A DNA stretch of 64,000 bases, taken from NCBI GenBank assembly GCA_965207735.1, contig OZ242296.1:3072001-3136000 (forward strand), in the 5' to 3' direction. How positions within the stretch are numbered: position 1 is the first letter of the stretch; each line of letters starts with the position of its first letter. Under the pieces are notes generated by a model. The model was not told the origin of the DNA, made no database searches, and worked only from the letters and a program-made list of their open reading frames with translations. This document shows positions 54,831 to 64,000 of the stretch, one piece after another. A program made the translations under genes and the position numbers. The stretch is from Candidatus Versatilivorator sp. Lineage in GTDB: Bacteria > Acidobacteriota > Terriglobia > Versatilivoradales > Versatilivoraceae.

Positions 54831-57008
54831 CTATCTCACGAACAGCATGTCCCGATAGTTCGGCAGCGGCCAGAGATCGTCCGGAATCACCTTCTCCATC
54901 CGGTCGGCCACATCGCGCACAGCGTTCATGGCGGGAATCACGTTGTTGCGCATGTGGATCACCTTCGACGATACCTCGTCGCCACCGAGTTCCTCGTTCT
55001 GCGCGTCCAGCGTGCCCAGCGCCTCCGTCAGTTCGTCGATGAGGCCCGAAACACGCTCGATGCTGCTGTCGAGGCCACTCGTTCCGACCCCCGCCACCTG
55101 CGTGCCGCCCCGAGCCGAAACCAGCCGGTTCAGGTAGGTGACCGCTGCCGGCAGGATCATGCAGCGTGCCATGTGCGCGGCCGTCTCGCCCTCGATGTTG
55201 ATCTTGATGAAGTACTGCTCGGTCAGCACCTCCAGCCGGGCCTCGAGCTCGCGGGACGTCATGACCCCGTACTTGTCGAAGAGATGCTCGTTCTTGCCCG
55301 CGGCAAGCGCGGGAAGCGCCTGCACCGTATTCCCGGAATTGAGCAGTCCGCGCCGCTCGGCCTCCTCCACCCACTCGGGCGCGTAGTTGTCGCCGTTGAA
55401 GATGATCCGCTTGAACGACGGGATCTCGTTGGAGAGCAGCTTCCAAAGCGCGGTATCGACGGACGCCCCCGACTCGACCACCGCTTCAAGCACGTCGGCC
55501 CAGAGGTCTATGGACTCGGCCACGATCGTGTTCAGTACCGTTGCCGGCAGCGAAATGCTGGCCGAAGAACCCACCGCGCGGAACTCGAACTTGTTCCCGG
55601 TGAAGGCGAAGGGCGATGTGCGGTTGCGGTCGCCGAAGTGGCGGGGCAGGTCGGGCAGCACCGAGACGCCCAGGCCGACGAGGCCTTCCCGTTGCTTCTC
55701 CTCCGCCGAGCCCGACTCCTCGATCTGCTCGAAGATGTCCTGCAACTGGTCGCCCAGGAAGACCGAGATGATCGAGGGAGGGGCTTCGTTGGCGCCCAGA
55801 CGGTGGTCGTTCCCTGCGGTCGAAACGCATGCCAGCAGCAGATCCTGGTGCTTCTCCACCGCGCTCATGACCGCGGTACAGAAGAAGAGAAACATCAGGT
55901 TGTCGTGGGGAGTGTCCCCCGGGTCCATCAGGTTTCGGTCCGCAGTCCCGAATGACCAGTTGAGGTGCTTGCCGCTCCCGTTGATCCCGTGGAAGGGCTT
56001 CTCGTGCAGCAGGCACACCAGTCCATAGTCGCGCGCGTTCCGCTCCAGGATCCGCATTGTCAACTGTTGATGGTCGGACGCTACGTTGGCGTTCTCGTAG
56101 ACCGGCGCCACCTCGTACTGCCCCGGCGCCACCTCGTTGTGGCGCGTCTTCATCGGGACGCCCAGACGGTAAAGATCCATCTCGACGGCCTGGATGTAGG
56201 CCATTACCCGATCGTGGATTGAACCGAAGTAGTGGTCGTCGAGCTCCTGCCCCCTCGGCGGCTTGGCTCCGAAGAGGGTACGGCCGCAAGTCATCAGGTC
56301 CGGGCGGCGGTAGTAGAACTCGCGGTCCAAAAGGAAGAACTCCTGCTCGGGACCCAGGCTGGCCGTGACCCTTCCGGCCTCCAGGCCGAAGATCTTGAGT
56401 GCGCGTCGCGTGACCCGGTCAAGCGCGTCCATCGACCGGAGCAGGGGGATCTTGGCGTCGAGACTTTCGCCTGCCCAACTGGAGAAGGCAGTCGGAATGC
56501 ACAGGTAGGTGGCCGACTCGCCGCCCAGAATGAAGGCCGGCGAGGTCGGATCCCAAGCGGTGTAGCCGCGGGCCTCGAAGGTGGCGCGGAGCCCCCCGGA
56601 AGGAAACGAAGATGCGTCAGGCTCGCCCTGAACGAGCTCGTCGCCCCCGAAATCGGTAATCGCGCGCCCGTCGCGATCGACCTTCAGAAAGGAGTCGTGC
56701 TTCTCCGCGGTGCTCCCCGTGAGCGGCTGGAACCAGTGCGTATAGTGGGTGGCGCCCCGCGAGAGCGCCCAGTCCTTCATGGCGGCGGCGATCGTATCGG
56801 CACTCCTTATGTCCAGCGTTTCCGCGTGCTCAATGGTCCTCATAAGCTGCTTGAATACGTTGTCCGGCAGCCGCGCGCGCATCTCCTTCACCCCGAAGGT
56901 GTCTTCCCCGAAGATTCGCGGTAGGAGATCGCGGTCTCCCGACCGGGATTCCGACCTGCCACTCCAGGAATGCACTGCGCTAACGGAGTCGAAGCGTTTC
57001 TGTGTCAT
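54831..57008 (-). CDS. glnN: Glutamine synthetase type III
   Basis: HYTHWFQPLTGSTAEKHD, GEPDASSFPSGGLRATFEARGYT, HNEVAPGQ, NGSGKH, DRNRTSPFAFTGNKFEFR, WPLPNY. Confidence 0.96.
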   Translation of the reverse strand: MTQKRFDSVSAVHSWSGRSESRSGDRDLLPRIFGEDTFGVKEMRARLPDNVFKQLMRTIEHAETLDIRSADTIAAAMKDWALSRGATHYTHWFQPLTGSTAEKHDSFLKVDRDGRAITDFGGDELVQGEPDASSFPSGGLRATFEARGYTAWDPTSPAFILGGESATYLCIPTAFSSWAGESLDAKIPLLRSMDALDRVTRRALKIFGLEAGRVTASLGPEQEFFLLDREFYYRRPDLMTCGRTLFGAKPPRGQELDDHYFGSIHDRVMAYIQAVEMDLYRLGVPMKTRHNEVAPGQYEVAPVYENANVASDHQQLTMRILERNARDYGLVCLLHEKPFHGINGSGKHLNWSFGTADRNLMDPGDTPHDNLMFLFFCTAVMSAVEKHQDLLLACVSTAGNDHRLGANEAPPSIISVFLGDQLQDIFEQIEESGSAEEKQREGLVGLGVSVLPDLPRHFGDRNRTSPFAFTGNKFEFRAVGSSASISLPATVLNTIVAESIDLWADVLEAVVESGASVDTALWKLLSNEIPSFKRIIFNGDNYAPEWVEEAERRGLLNSGNTVQALPALAAGKNEHLFDKYGVMTSRELEARLEVLTEQYFIKINIEGETAAHMARCMILPAAVTYLNRLVSARGGTQVAGVGTSGLDSSIERVSGLIDELTEALGTLDAQNEELGGDEVSSKVIHMRNNVIPAMNAVRDVADRMEKVIPDDLWPLPNYRDMLFVR

Positions 57009-57333
57009 CGCCGGGGTATCCTCATCTCTAAAGGTTGGGGCTATCCGCAAGCCGCGGCAGCACTTCGGACCGGGAACCGATTCCGCCGCATCCACTCAAT
57101 GAACGCCCGCACAGGTGATGCGAAGGGTTGGCCGCTTTTTTGAGGTTTTCCAGGGGGCGAACATAAGATCGCCCCATCAACTGAAAAACTCTGTCCCTGT
57201 TCTTTGAGCCGCACCGCAGAAGAATTCTACCGCATCACGTGGTTATTTTCCGACATTCTGGGAAAAAGAGAAGTCTTTGGGGAAATGTCCAGCAATAGCA
57301 ACGACCCGACAGTCCCGTTTCCCCTGATCCACT

Positions 57334-58716
57334 TCAACTCGAACTCGGACCCTCCTCTTTCCCCGTCCGGCGGAGCTTGGCAATCTTCTCCCGCCAGGTG
57401 CGCAACCGCTGGCGGATGACTTCCTCGAATCCCTCCCCCGAAGGCTGGAAGTATCTTCGGTCCTTCAGTGACTCCGGAAGACAGCTCATGGAGGTCAGCC
57501 GATCGGCAAAATCGTGGGCGTACTGGTAGCCCTTGCCGTAGCCCATAGTCTTCATGAGTTGGGTGGGGGCATTGCGCAGGTGCAGGGGAACCGGCTCGGC
57601 AAGGGTGTGCTTCACGTCCTGGACGGCCGCGGCGTAGGCTCGATCCAGAGCATTGGACTTGGGAGCGGTGGCCAGGTAGACCGCCGCCTGAGCCAAGGCC
57701 AGGGTCCCCTCGGGAAGACCAATGAAGTGGAAGGCCTCCTTGGCCTGCACGGCCACGGTCAGGGCGTGGGGGTCGGCCATGCCGACGTCCTCGGAGGCAA
57801 AGCGGACCAGGCGCCGGGCAACGTATAGCGGGTCTTCTCCCGCCTCCAGCATGCGGGCCAACCAGTAGATTGCAGCATCCGGATCGCTGTTGCGGAGCGA
57901 TTTGTGCAACGCCGAGATAAGGTTGAAGTGTTCCTCGCCGGCCTTGTCGTAGAGAAGCACCCGCCGCTGCATCGCATCTCTGACCAGCTGTTCGCTGATC
58001 CTTTTCGGGCCGGGTTCCTCGGCTGGAGCCATCTGAGCGGCAATTTCCAAGGTGTTGTAGGCCACCCGGGCGTCTCCGTTGGCAAGGTCGGCGATGATGG
58101 CGAGGTGAGCGTCCTCAATTTCGATCGGGTCGGCCCCCATTCCACGTTCCCGGTCCGTCAGAGACCGGCGAAGCAGTTGGACTACTTCCCGGGATGACAG
58201 AGGTTCCAGTTGGTAGACCTTGCAACGGGAGAGCAGGGCCGGATTCACCTCGAAGGAAGGATTCTCGGTGGTGGCGCCGATCAGGACGATGGCGCCGGTC
58301 TCGACATAGGGCAGAAAAGCATCCTGCTGGGCCTTGTTGAAACGGTGAATTTCGTCGATGAACAGCAGGGTCCGGCGTCCGGAACGCCGGTTCCGCTCCG
58401 CCTCCTGCATCACCGAGCGGATCTCCCTGATCCCTGAAAGGACCGCGCTGAAGGGAACGAAGTCCATACGGGTGCCGTGGGCGATGATGCGGGCCAGCGT
58501 CGTCTTGCCCGTACCCGGCGGACCCCAGAGAATGAGGGAGCCGATGCGGTCTTTTTCCAGTAGCAGGCGCACCGGCTTGCCGGGACCGACCAAGTGTTGC
58601 TGGCCCACGAAGTCCTCCAGGCAAGTGGGCCGCATCCGGTCCGCCAGGGGAGCCCCCTCGCCCGCCGGCGCCTGCCGGTGCGAGGCGAATTCGGGAAAGA
58701 GATTCATGGAGCTCAT
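57334..58716 (-). CDS. rarA: Replication-associated recombination protein A (RarA/MgsA)
   Basis: [53 protein letters not shown]. Confidence 0.96.
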   Translation of the reverse strand: MSSMNLFPEFASHRQAPAGEGAPLADRMRPTCLEDFVGQQHLVGPGKPVRLLLEKDRIGSLILWGPPGTGKTTLARIIAHGTRMDFVPFSAVLSGIREIRSVMQEAERNRRSGRRTLLFIDEIHRFNKAQQDAFLPYVETGAIVLIGATTENPSFEVNPALLSRCKVYQLEPLSSREVVQLLRRSLTDRERGMGADPIEIEDAHLAIIADLANGDARVAYNTLEIAAQMAPAEEPGPKRISEQLVRDAMQRRVLLYDKAGEEHFNLISALHKSLRNSDPDAAIYWLARMLEAGEDPLYVARRLVRFASEDVGMADPHALTVAVQAKEAFHFIGLPEGTLALAQAAVYLATAPKSNALDRAYAAAVQDVKHTLAEPVPLHLRNAPTQLMKTMGYGKGYQYAHDFADRLTSMSCLPESLKDRRYFQPSGEGFEEVIRQRLRTWREKIAKLRRTGKEEGPSSS

Positions 58717-58717
58717 G

Positions 58718-59551
58718 CTACAACGGCTGACCCGGTCCTGTCGATTGCGGGAAATTTCCGGGACAGTCTCTCTGCCTGGCGGCTTCGCACAAGAGGATGG
58801 CGGCTGCCGTCGCCACATTGAGCGAATCGACCCCTTTGGCTGTGGGCACCCGGATTTCGGCATCGAAGGCTCCCAGACCGGGAGGAATTCCCCGACCCTC
58901 GCTCCCGACCACCAGAGCCAGGCCTCCCTGGTAATCGGCCATTCTGAAGTCGGTTCGCCCGTCCGGCATGGCCGCCATCAAGCGGATCCGGCTCCGCCGC
59001 AGCCGTGCAAACAGGGATTCGGGAGCCGACGGGCCGGCAAGGGGAAGCCGGAAGAAGGAACCGGCGGAAGCTCGAATGGCCTTGGGGTTGAGAGGACTGA
59101 CGGTGTGGGTGGTGAGCAGAAGCGCGGTGGCCCCGAAGGCCTCGGCCGAGCGGGCCAGCGTTCCCAGGTTTCCCGGGTCCTGCACCTGGTGGGCTATCAG
59201 CAGCAGAGGATCGCCGGCCAGCATGGGATCCAGGGAAGCAGCCGGGATGCGCACAATGGCCAGGATTCCCTGGCTGGTCACGGTATCGGAAAGGGCATGA
59301 AACAGTTTGTCCGAGACCCCACAGAGATCGGCCCCCGCCCCTTCCACCCAGTTCTCTTCCCTGAAGGCGGCCATCTTGCTGGAGGCCACCAGGATCTCCT
59401 CGACCTCGAGACCGCTGCGGCAGGCCTCGCGCACCAGCTTGGGTCCCTCGACCACGGCCAGGGCGTCGCCGTCCAGGGGAGAGCGGCGCATCAGCGCCCT
59501 CAACCGCTGGATCCTTCGATTCGAGGAGGAGGTGATGGTCTCAGGGCTCAT
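58718..59551 (-). CDS. TrmH/SpoU-family RNA methyltransferase
   Basis: QDPGNLGTLARSA, GSEGRG, SLNVATAA. Confidence 0.92.
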   Translation of the reverse strand: MSPETITSSSNRRIQRLRALMRRSPLDGDALAVVEGPKLVREACRSGLEVEEILVASSKMAAFREENWVEGAGADLCGVSDKLFHALSDTVTSQGILAIVRIPAASLDPMLAGDPLLLIAHQVQDPGNLGTLARSAEAFGATALLLTTHTVSPLNPKAIRASAGSFFRLPLAGPSAPESLFARLRRSRIRLMAAMPDGRTDFRMADYQGGLALVVGSEGRGIPPGLGAFDAEIRVPTAKGVDSLNVATAAAILLCEAARQRDCPGNFPQSTGPGQPL

Positions 59552-59730
59552 CGATGGTTCTCGGCAGGGAAGCCGCTTCAGCCTGAGGCGGCTGCGCGGT
59601 GGGTGGAGGATGAGTTCGGAGGACGCCGTTGGCGGCGGTTGGAGACCTCTTGACCCCCCTCTCGTTCCGGCCGTGCCGCGCTCTCGCGGACGCGTTGACC
59701 CACCTGGGTGTTTATGTTAGTTTCAGCTTG

Positions 59731-60369
59731 ATGCTAACGCAAAGAATCAAACTTCAGGGAGGCAGCGCGGACCAGACTGCGCTCGAGACCGCCTCGGCAG
59801 CCATTCTCGACGGCCACCTGGTCGCGCTCCCGACCGAAACCTTCTATGCACTGTCCGCGGATCTCTATAACCTGCGAGCCGTAGAGCGGATCTTTCAAAT
59901 CAAGGGACGACCGGACTGGAAAGCCCTGCTGGTGTTGATCGACACGGTGGATCAGGCTGAATTCATCTGTGAGAACATTCCACCGGTTTTCTACGAAATT
60001 GCAGCGAGTTATTGGCCCGGCCCGCTCACCCTCATCCTTCCGGCAGCCAAAAGGGTTCCCCTGAAGGTGACCGGGGGAACGGGAACGGTGGGCATGCGGA
60101 TTCCAGACCAATCCTTTACCCGGAGTGTCATTCACAGGGTTCGCCTACCCATCATCGGCACCAGCGCCAACCTGTCCGGACATCCTTCCTGTTCCACGGC
60201 GGAGGACGTGTTGAGCCAGCTCGGGGGCAAGATCGAGTTGGTTGTGGACTCCGGTGACTCCCCTGGAACGGCCCCTTCAACCGTTCTCGACCTGACCTCG
60301 AAACCGGCCCGGGTGGTTCGGAAAGGAGCCATCCCCAACGAAGTTCTGGCAGATTACCTCTCCCGGTAG
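59731..60369 (+). CDS. tsaC: L-threonylcarbamoyladenylate synthase (TsaC/Sua5/YrdC)
   Basis: PTETFYAL, IKGRP, WPGPLTLI, TSANLSG, PSTVLD. Confidence 0.93.
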   Translation: MLTQRIKLQGGSADQTALETASAAILDGHLVALPTETFYALSADLYNLRAVERIFQIKGRPDWKALLVLIDTVDQAEFICENIPPVFYEIAASYWPGPLTLILPAAKRVPLKVTGGTGTVGMRIPDQSFTRSVIHRVRLPIIGTSANLSGHPSCSTAEDVLSQLGGKIELVVDSGDSPGTAPSTVLDLTSKPARVVRKGAIPNEVLADYLSR

Positions 60370-60373
60370 AGTC

Positions 60374-61012
60374 ATGAAAGCCCGACGGAAGCGGTTTGCG
60401 TTCAAGGTCTTTGCCGGTTATCTCCCCTCCGCCGCCCTGATCTATGCTCTGGCCGTCTACGCTCTGGTCAGGACCGAGGCCAACCGGGACGACGCCCGGC
60501 CGGCCGGCCGCATCATCGTCTTCGGCGCCGCCCAGTATAACGGCCGTCCCTCGCCGGTCTTCAGGGCGCGGCTGGACCATGGCGTGGAGCTCTTCAAGAG
60601 GAGGCTCTCAAACCGGATCATTACGACGGGGGGATACGGTATGGACCCTCGCTTCACCGAGGCCGAGGTCGGCAAGGCCTACCTCATCCAGCACGGCGTC
60701 CCCGAGGACAGCATTGAAATTGAAGCCATCGGGCTCACCACCCTGGCCAGCATTCAGCAGATCGTGGAGGTCTTGCGCCGTCAGGGAATCCGGAAGGTGG
60801 TGGCGGTCAGCGACGGGTTCCACCTCTTTCGGATCAAGCAGATCTTCCAGGACCGCCAGATCGTCGTTTTCGGATCGCCCGTCCCCAACAGTCCCATCGA
60901 GTCGAACTGGAGGCGGCGCCTACAGGCTTCCCTGCGGGAGGTGGTGGGATACACCGTCTACGCCGCCCGCGAAAAGCTCCATCTGCCCATACCGGCCGGG
61001 GACCTAATGTGA
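60374..61012 (+). CDS. YdcF/DUF218-family protein
   Basis: N-terminal TM helix; VFGAAQY, ARLDHG, TGG...TEA, VSDGFHLFR, LREV. Confidence 0.88.
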   Translation: MKARRKRFAFKVFAGYLPSAALIYALAVYALVRTEANRDDARPAGRIIVFGAAQYNGRPSPVFRARLDHGVELFKRRLSNRIITTGGYGMDPRFTEAEVGKAYLIQHGVPEDSIEIEAIGLTTLASIQQIVEVLRRQGIRKVVAVSDGFHLFRIKQIFQDRQIVVFGSPVPNSPIESNWRRRLQASLREVVGYTVYAAREKLHLPIPAGDLM

Positions 61013-61015
61013 ACC

Positions 61016-61192
61016 GGCGGGGGCCTTGTTTGAAACAACCGAAAAACGACAAGAGACAAAAGAAAAAAGACTTATCCACGAAGGGGCACGAAGAACGACG
61101 AAGGGCCACTAAGGCGCTGAGGTTAACCGCGACGGGGTACCAAGGTCGCGAAGGGATGGTCGATTTCAGATTGTTTCACTCTCGCATGATCC
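61016..61192 (+). repeat. Dispersed monomer of repeat family B
   Basis: TGAAACAACC, A-rich tract, TTATCCACGAAGGGGCACGAAGAACGACGAAGGGCCACTAAGGCGCTGAGGTT, TTGTTTCACTCTCG; colinear with array units 1 and 3. Confidence 0.92.
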
Positions 61193-61225
61193 ACCCCGTG
61201 CGGCGGGAGCCGGCTAACTACTAGT

Positions 61226-61284
61226 CACTCTTCACTCTCCACTCTCCACTCTTCACTCTCCACTCTTCACTCTCCACTCTCCAC
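61226..61284. repeat. Heptamer tandem repeat (CACTCTY)8
   Basis: Eight CACTCTC/CACTCTT units plus CAC; overlaps the stop codon of the minus-strand gene. Confidence 0.95.
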
Positions 61285-62157
61285 CGAACGGCCGGCGGCC
61301 GGGCCGTCAGCCGCAGGGTCCGCCGGCAGCATCCGCACGCTGGTTCCGAAACGCCGGTAATCGGAGAACTCGCCGGTCATGCGCATGTTGAATCCCTTGA
61401 GCAGAAATATCCGGCCGTTCATGGTAAGTTCGAACCGCCGCGGGAACCAGACCTCGTCCCGCAATTTCTCCTGCCGCACCCACAGGGTCGAGCCCTTGTG
61501 CAATCTGGCCACCAGCCCCCCGGCGACCTTCACGGGCTTGACGAACTCCATATCGACCTGAGTCACCTGCAGGTCCTGCCTGTCGATCCAGATCCGACCC
61601 TGGAGCTTGTCGAGAATCCAGAAATCCTTTTCGGCGGGCCGGTATTCCTGGTGGGGCAGCAGATCCACCACGGCCACGGCTCGACCCTCCAGCACTTCCT
61701 CACCCCGATAGCGAAAATGAAAGGCCCGCACGGCGTCCTCCCAGAATAGCGCCTCCTTGCGGCGCCGCTCGGCATGCTTGCGCTCCAGCCTGGCGTGGCC
61801 CGCGGGGGAAAGCTTTCTCTGGCGGCGCAGGCGGGCCTCTGCCTTCCTCTGCTGCTTCCGGGCCTCTTTCTCCGCTAGGGGTTGGCCGTTCCTGCGGATC
61901 AGCTTTCGGTAAACTCCATCGTCCAGCGGAATCACCTCGTAGGTGGAAGAGGTTCTTTTCTTTTCGCGGCCCTTTCGGTCGAGTATGATTCTGTCCCTTT
62001 GCAGGCGGTAGAAATAGCCCATCTCCCGGAATCTGTTCTTGCGCTCATTCTCGGCCACCTGGGCGACGAACCCGCGCAACTCGGCCTCCTGGTTCAAATC
62101 GACCGCTGCAAGCAGGATCGGGTTGGCCAGCAGGAAAGCCAGAACGGTCTTGAACAC
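61267..62157 (-). CDS. Exported hypothetical protein, similar to 26609-27412
   Basis: GTG start after GGAGG; signal peptide; QGRIWIDRQDLQV, VWFPRR, FSDYRRF. Confidence 0.7.
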   Translation of the reverse strand: MFKTVLAFLLANPILLAAVDLNQEAELRGFVAQVAENERKNRFREMGYFYRLQRDRIILDRKGREKKRTSSTYEVIPLDDGVYRKLIRRNGQPLAEKEARKQQRKAEARLRRQRKLSPAGHARLERKHAERRRKEALFWEDAVRAFHFRYRGEEVLEGRAVAVVDLLPHQEYRPAEKDFWILDKLQGRIWIDRQDLQVTQVDMEFVKPVKVAGGLVARLHKGSTLWVRQEKLRDEVWFPRRFELTMNGRIFLLKGFNMRMTGEFSDYRRFGTSVRMLPADPAADGPAAGRSVESGE

Positions 62158-62254
62158 GTTGCCCTCCAAGGGTCGTTCAACCCCATTATGCCACGGGTAG
62201 CGCACCCCGACTGAACCGTCCGATCCGCGAACCGGTTCCGGTGAGAACCGATCC

Positions 62255-63172
62255 ATGAACCAACGGACCATGATTCTCAATATGCCGCCCGACTTCAGTT
62301 TCTGGCGGACCGTGCTGAGCCACGGCTGGTGCACCCTGCAGCCCTTTTTTCTGGATCGGCGCCGCCGCAGGCTGCTGCGGGTTCTGCAGCTTGATTCTCA
62401 GCCGGTTCTGGCCGAGATGCGGGAACAAAGGGACGGCAAAGTCCGAGTGGGGCTATGCTCCCCCGGGCCGCTCGCCGGCCGGGACCGAAAAGCCGTCAAG
62501 GCGGCCGTAGCCCACATCTTTCGGTCGGAAGAGTCTTTGGGAGAGTTCCATCGCGAGCTGGCCCGGCGGGACCGCCGGGGCCGGTTCACCTGGGTCCCCC
62601 GGGCCAAGGCGGGGCGCTTGCTGCGGGCTCCCTCCTTCTTCGAGGACATGGTCAAAATGATCTGCACGACCAACTGTTCCTGGAAGGCCACCCAGCGCAT
62701 GGTGACGGGGATGGTTCAGATGCTGGGGACACGACTGGATTCCGATTACTGCTGTTTCCCCAGCCCCGAGCAACTGGCGGGGTCCACTGCTGGTTTTCTG
62801 AGCCGGGAGATTGGCTGCGGATACCGCAGCGGCTATCTCATCGAGCTGGCCGAGCGGGTGGCCACCGGCCGGCTACCAAGCGGGGACTGGGCGAAATTGA
62901 CCGGGGAGGAAGCCCACAGCCGCCTGTTGGCCACCAAGGGAATCGGCCCCTATGCCGCCGGAAATCTGTTGAAGCTGCTGGGGCACTACGACCATCTGAG
63001 CCTGGACAGCTGGGTTCGCCCCAGGTTCGCGGCCGTCCATGGACTAAAGAGGGTTCCCAAGGACTCTGCTATCGAGAGGCACTACCGGCCTTTCGGCCGC
63101 TGGCAGGGACTGGTGCTGTGGCTGGATCTGACCCGCGACTGGTTCGAAGACGGGGATGCCCAGGCTCCCTGA
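62255..63172 (+). CDS. HhH-GPD DNA glycosylase (OGG1/AlkA-like)
   Basis: FEDMVKMICTTN, FPSPEQLA, GYRSGYL, TKGIGPYAA HhH motif, LSLDSWV. Confidence 0.85.
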   Translation: MNQRTMILNMPPDFSFWRTVLSHGWCTLQPFFLDRRRRRLLRVLQLDSQPVLAEMREQRDGKVRVGLCSPGPLAGRDRKAVKAAVAHIFRSEESLGEFHRELARRDRRGRFTWVPRAKAGRLLRAPSFFEDMVKMICTTNCSWKATQRMVTGMVQMLGTRLDSDYCCFPSPEQLAGSTAGFLSREIGCGYRSGYLIELAERVATGRLPSGDWAKLTGEEAHSRLLATKGIGPYAAGNLLKLLGHYDHLSLDSWVRPRFAAVHGLKRVPKDSAIERHYRPFGRWQGLVLWLDLTRDWFEDGDAQAP

Positions 63173-63231
63173 TGCACGGTTGGTTCCGGGCACAGCCACG
63201 TCCAGACTCGGGAATTGCAAGCCCGGGTATC

Positions 63232-64000
63232 TTAAAAGAACCGTAGCGAGTAGCCCACCCGCACCCCGCGACCCATCTCCGGGGCCAAGTCCTTGATGAA
63301 CGAGGTGTGGTTTCGATAGAGCGCGTTCGTCAGGTTGTACCCGGTGAACGACAGGACGTGCGCAAAGTGCTGGCGCGGCCAGACGTAGGACGCCTCCATG
63401 TTGACCACCGAATAGCCGCGTGTCCCGGTCTCGCTTCGGAAGATCCTGTCCTGGCGCCCCGCGATCAGCAGCTCCGGGCTGATCGTCAACGACCCTAACG
63501 GGATGTCGAGACTCAACGTGCCGCGTAGCGGCGGAATGCGCGGCAGCGGCTCTCCCGTGCTCGTCAGGGTCGCATTGACGTAACCGAGTCCGAGCGTGGC
63601 CCAGACCTGACCACCCAGCCGCAGGCTCCCCCGCCCATCGAACCCGACGAACCGGCTGTCGCCCTGTCTGATGTCCAGAATCCGCAGGTTGTCGACAATC
63701 TCGTTGGTCAAGTCTCCGAAGATGAAGTTGTCGATGTCGTATACGTAGAAGTTCGTCTCCCCCTGGACGCGGCCGAGGCGTTGCCGAAAGCTCACCTCGA
63801 AACTGCGCATCGTCTCCGCCGCGAGATCGGTCCTGCCGATCTCGAAGTTCCCCAGGTGCGGACCGAAGTTGTAGAGTTCCTCGAGCGCCGGTACGCGATG
63901 CGAGTGGGTCAAGTTGGCCACGATCGCGGAACCGGAGCCGAGATCCGCATGCAGGCCGACGGACCCCGACGCAGCCAGGAAATGCCGGTCCCGGGGGTCG
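63232..64000 (-). CDS. TonB-dependent outer-membrane receptor (C-terminal part)
   Basis: Beta-barrel pattern; PLPRIPP, NLTNALYRNH, GRGVRVGYSLRFF terminal Phe; continues beyond the window end. Confidence 0.88.
   Translation of the reverse strand, partial: DPRDRHFLAASGSVGLHADLGSGSAIVANLTHSHRVPALEELYNFGPHLGNFEIGRTDLAAETMRSFEVSFRQRLGRVQGETNFYVYDIDNFIFGDLTNEIVDNLRILDIRQGDSRFVGFDGRGSLRLGGQVWATLGLGYVNATLTSTGEPLPRIPPLRGTLSLDIPLGSLTISPELLIAGRQDRIFRSETGTRGYSVVNMEASYVWPRQHFAHVLSFTGYNLTNALYRNHTSFIKDLAPEMGRGVRVGYSLRFF

Overview
GC-rich bacterial chromosomal window. The 16S 5' end (GCTCAGAATCAACGCTGG) and the gene repertoire suggest Acidobacteriota (inference). It is mostly housekeeping and carbohydrate/envelope genes: a partial RpoH-like sigma factor, map, glgP, pepA, a complete minus-strand rRNA operon (16S-tRNAIle-tRNAAla-23S-5S), tRNA-Arg(UCG), an NtrY/NtrX-like pair, tilS-ftsH-folP-cdaA-cdaR-glmM, type IV pilus pilB-pilT-pilC, csp, UDG, a DgoD-like enzyme, GS-III, rarA, a TrmH-family methylase, tsaC and a partial TonB-dependent receptor. 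I found no transposase, integrase or cas gene. The most unusual signal is non-coding: at least five families of small repeated elements cluster at gene 3' ends. (i) A modular ~150-180 bp element occurs as a 3.5-unit tandem array between pilT and pilC, where it supplies the PilT C-terminus, and also as a dispersed monomer and an inverted fragment. (ii) A ~245 bp MITE with terminal inverted repeats and an internal hairpin; one copy has a clean TA duplication at a stop codon inside an operon. (iii) An 18-bp inverted-repeat element built on a 9-mer. (iv) A heptamer tandem that supplies a stop codon. (v) A REP-like palindrome. A 1773-aa TPR-containing exported protein next to a DsbA-family gene is the most enigmatic CDS. 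Protein family names come from motif recognition by eye, not database searches.
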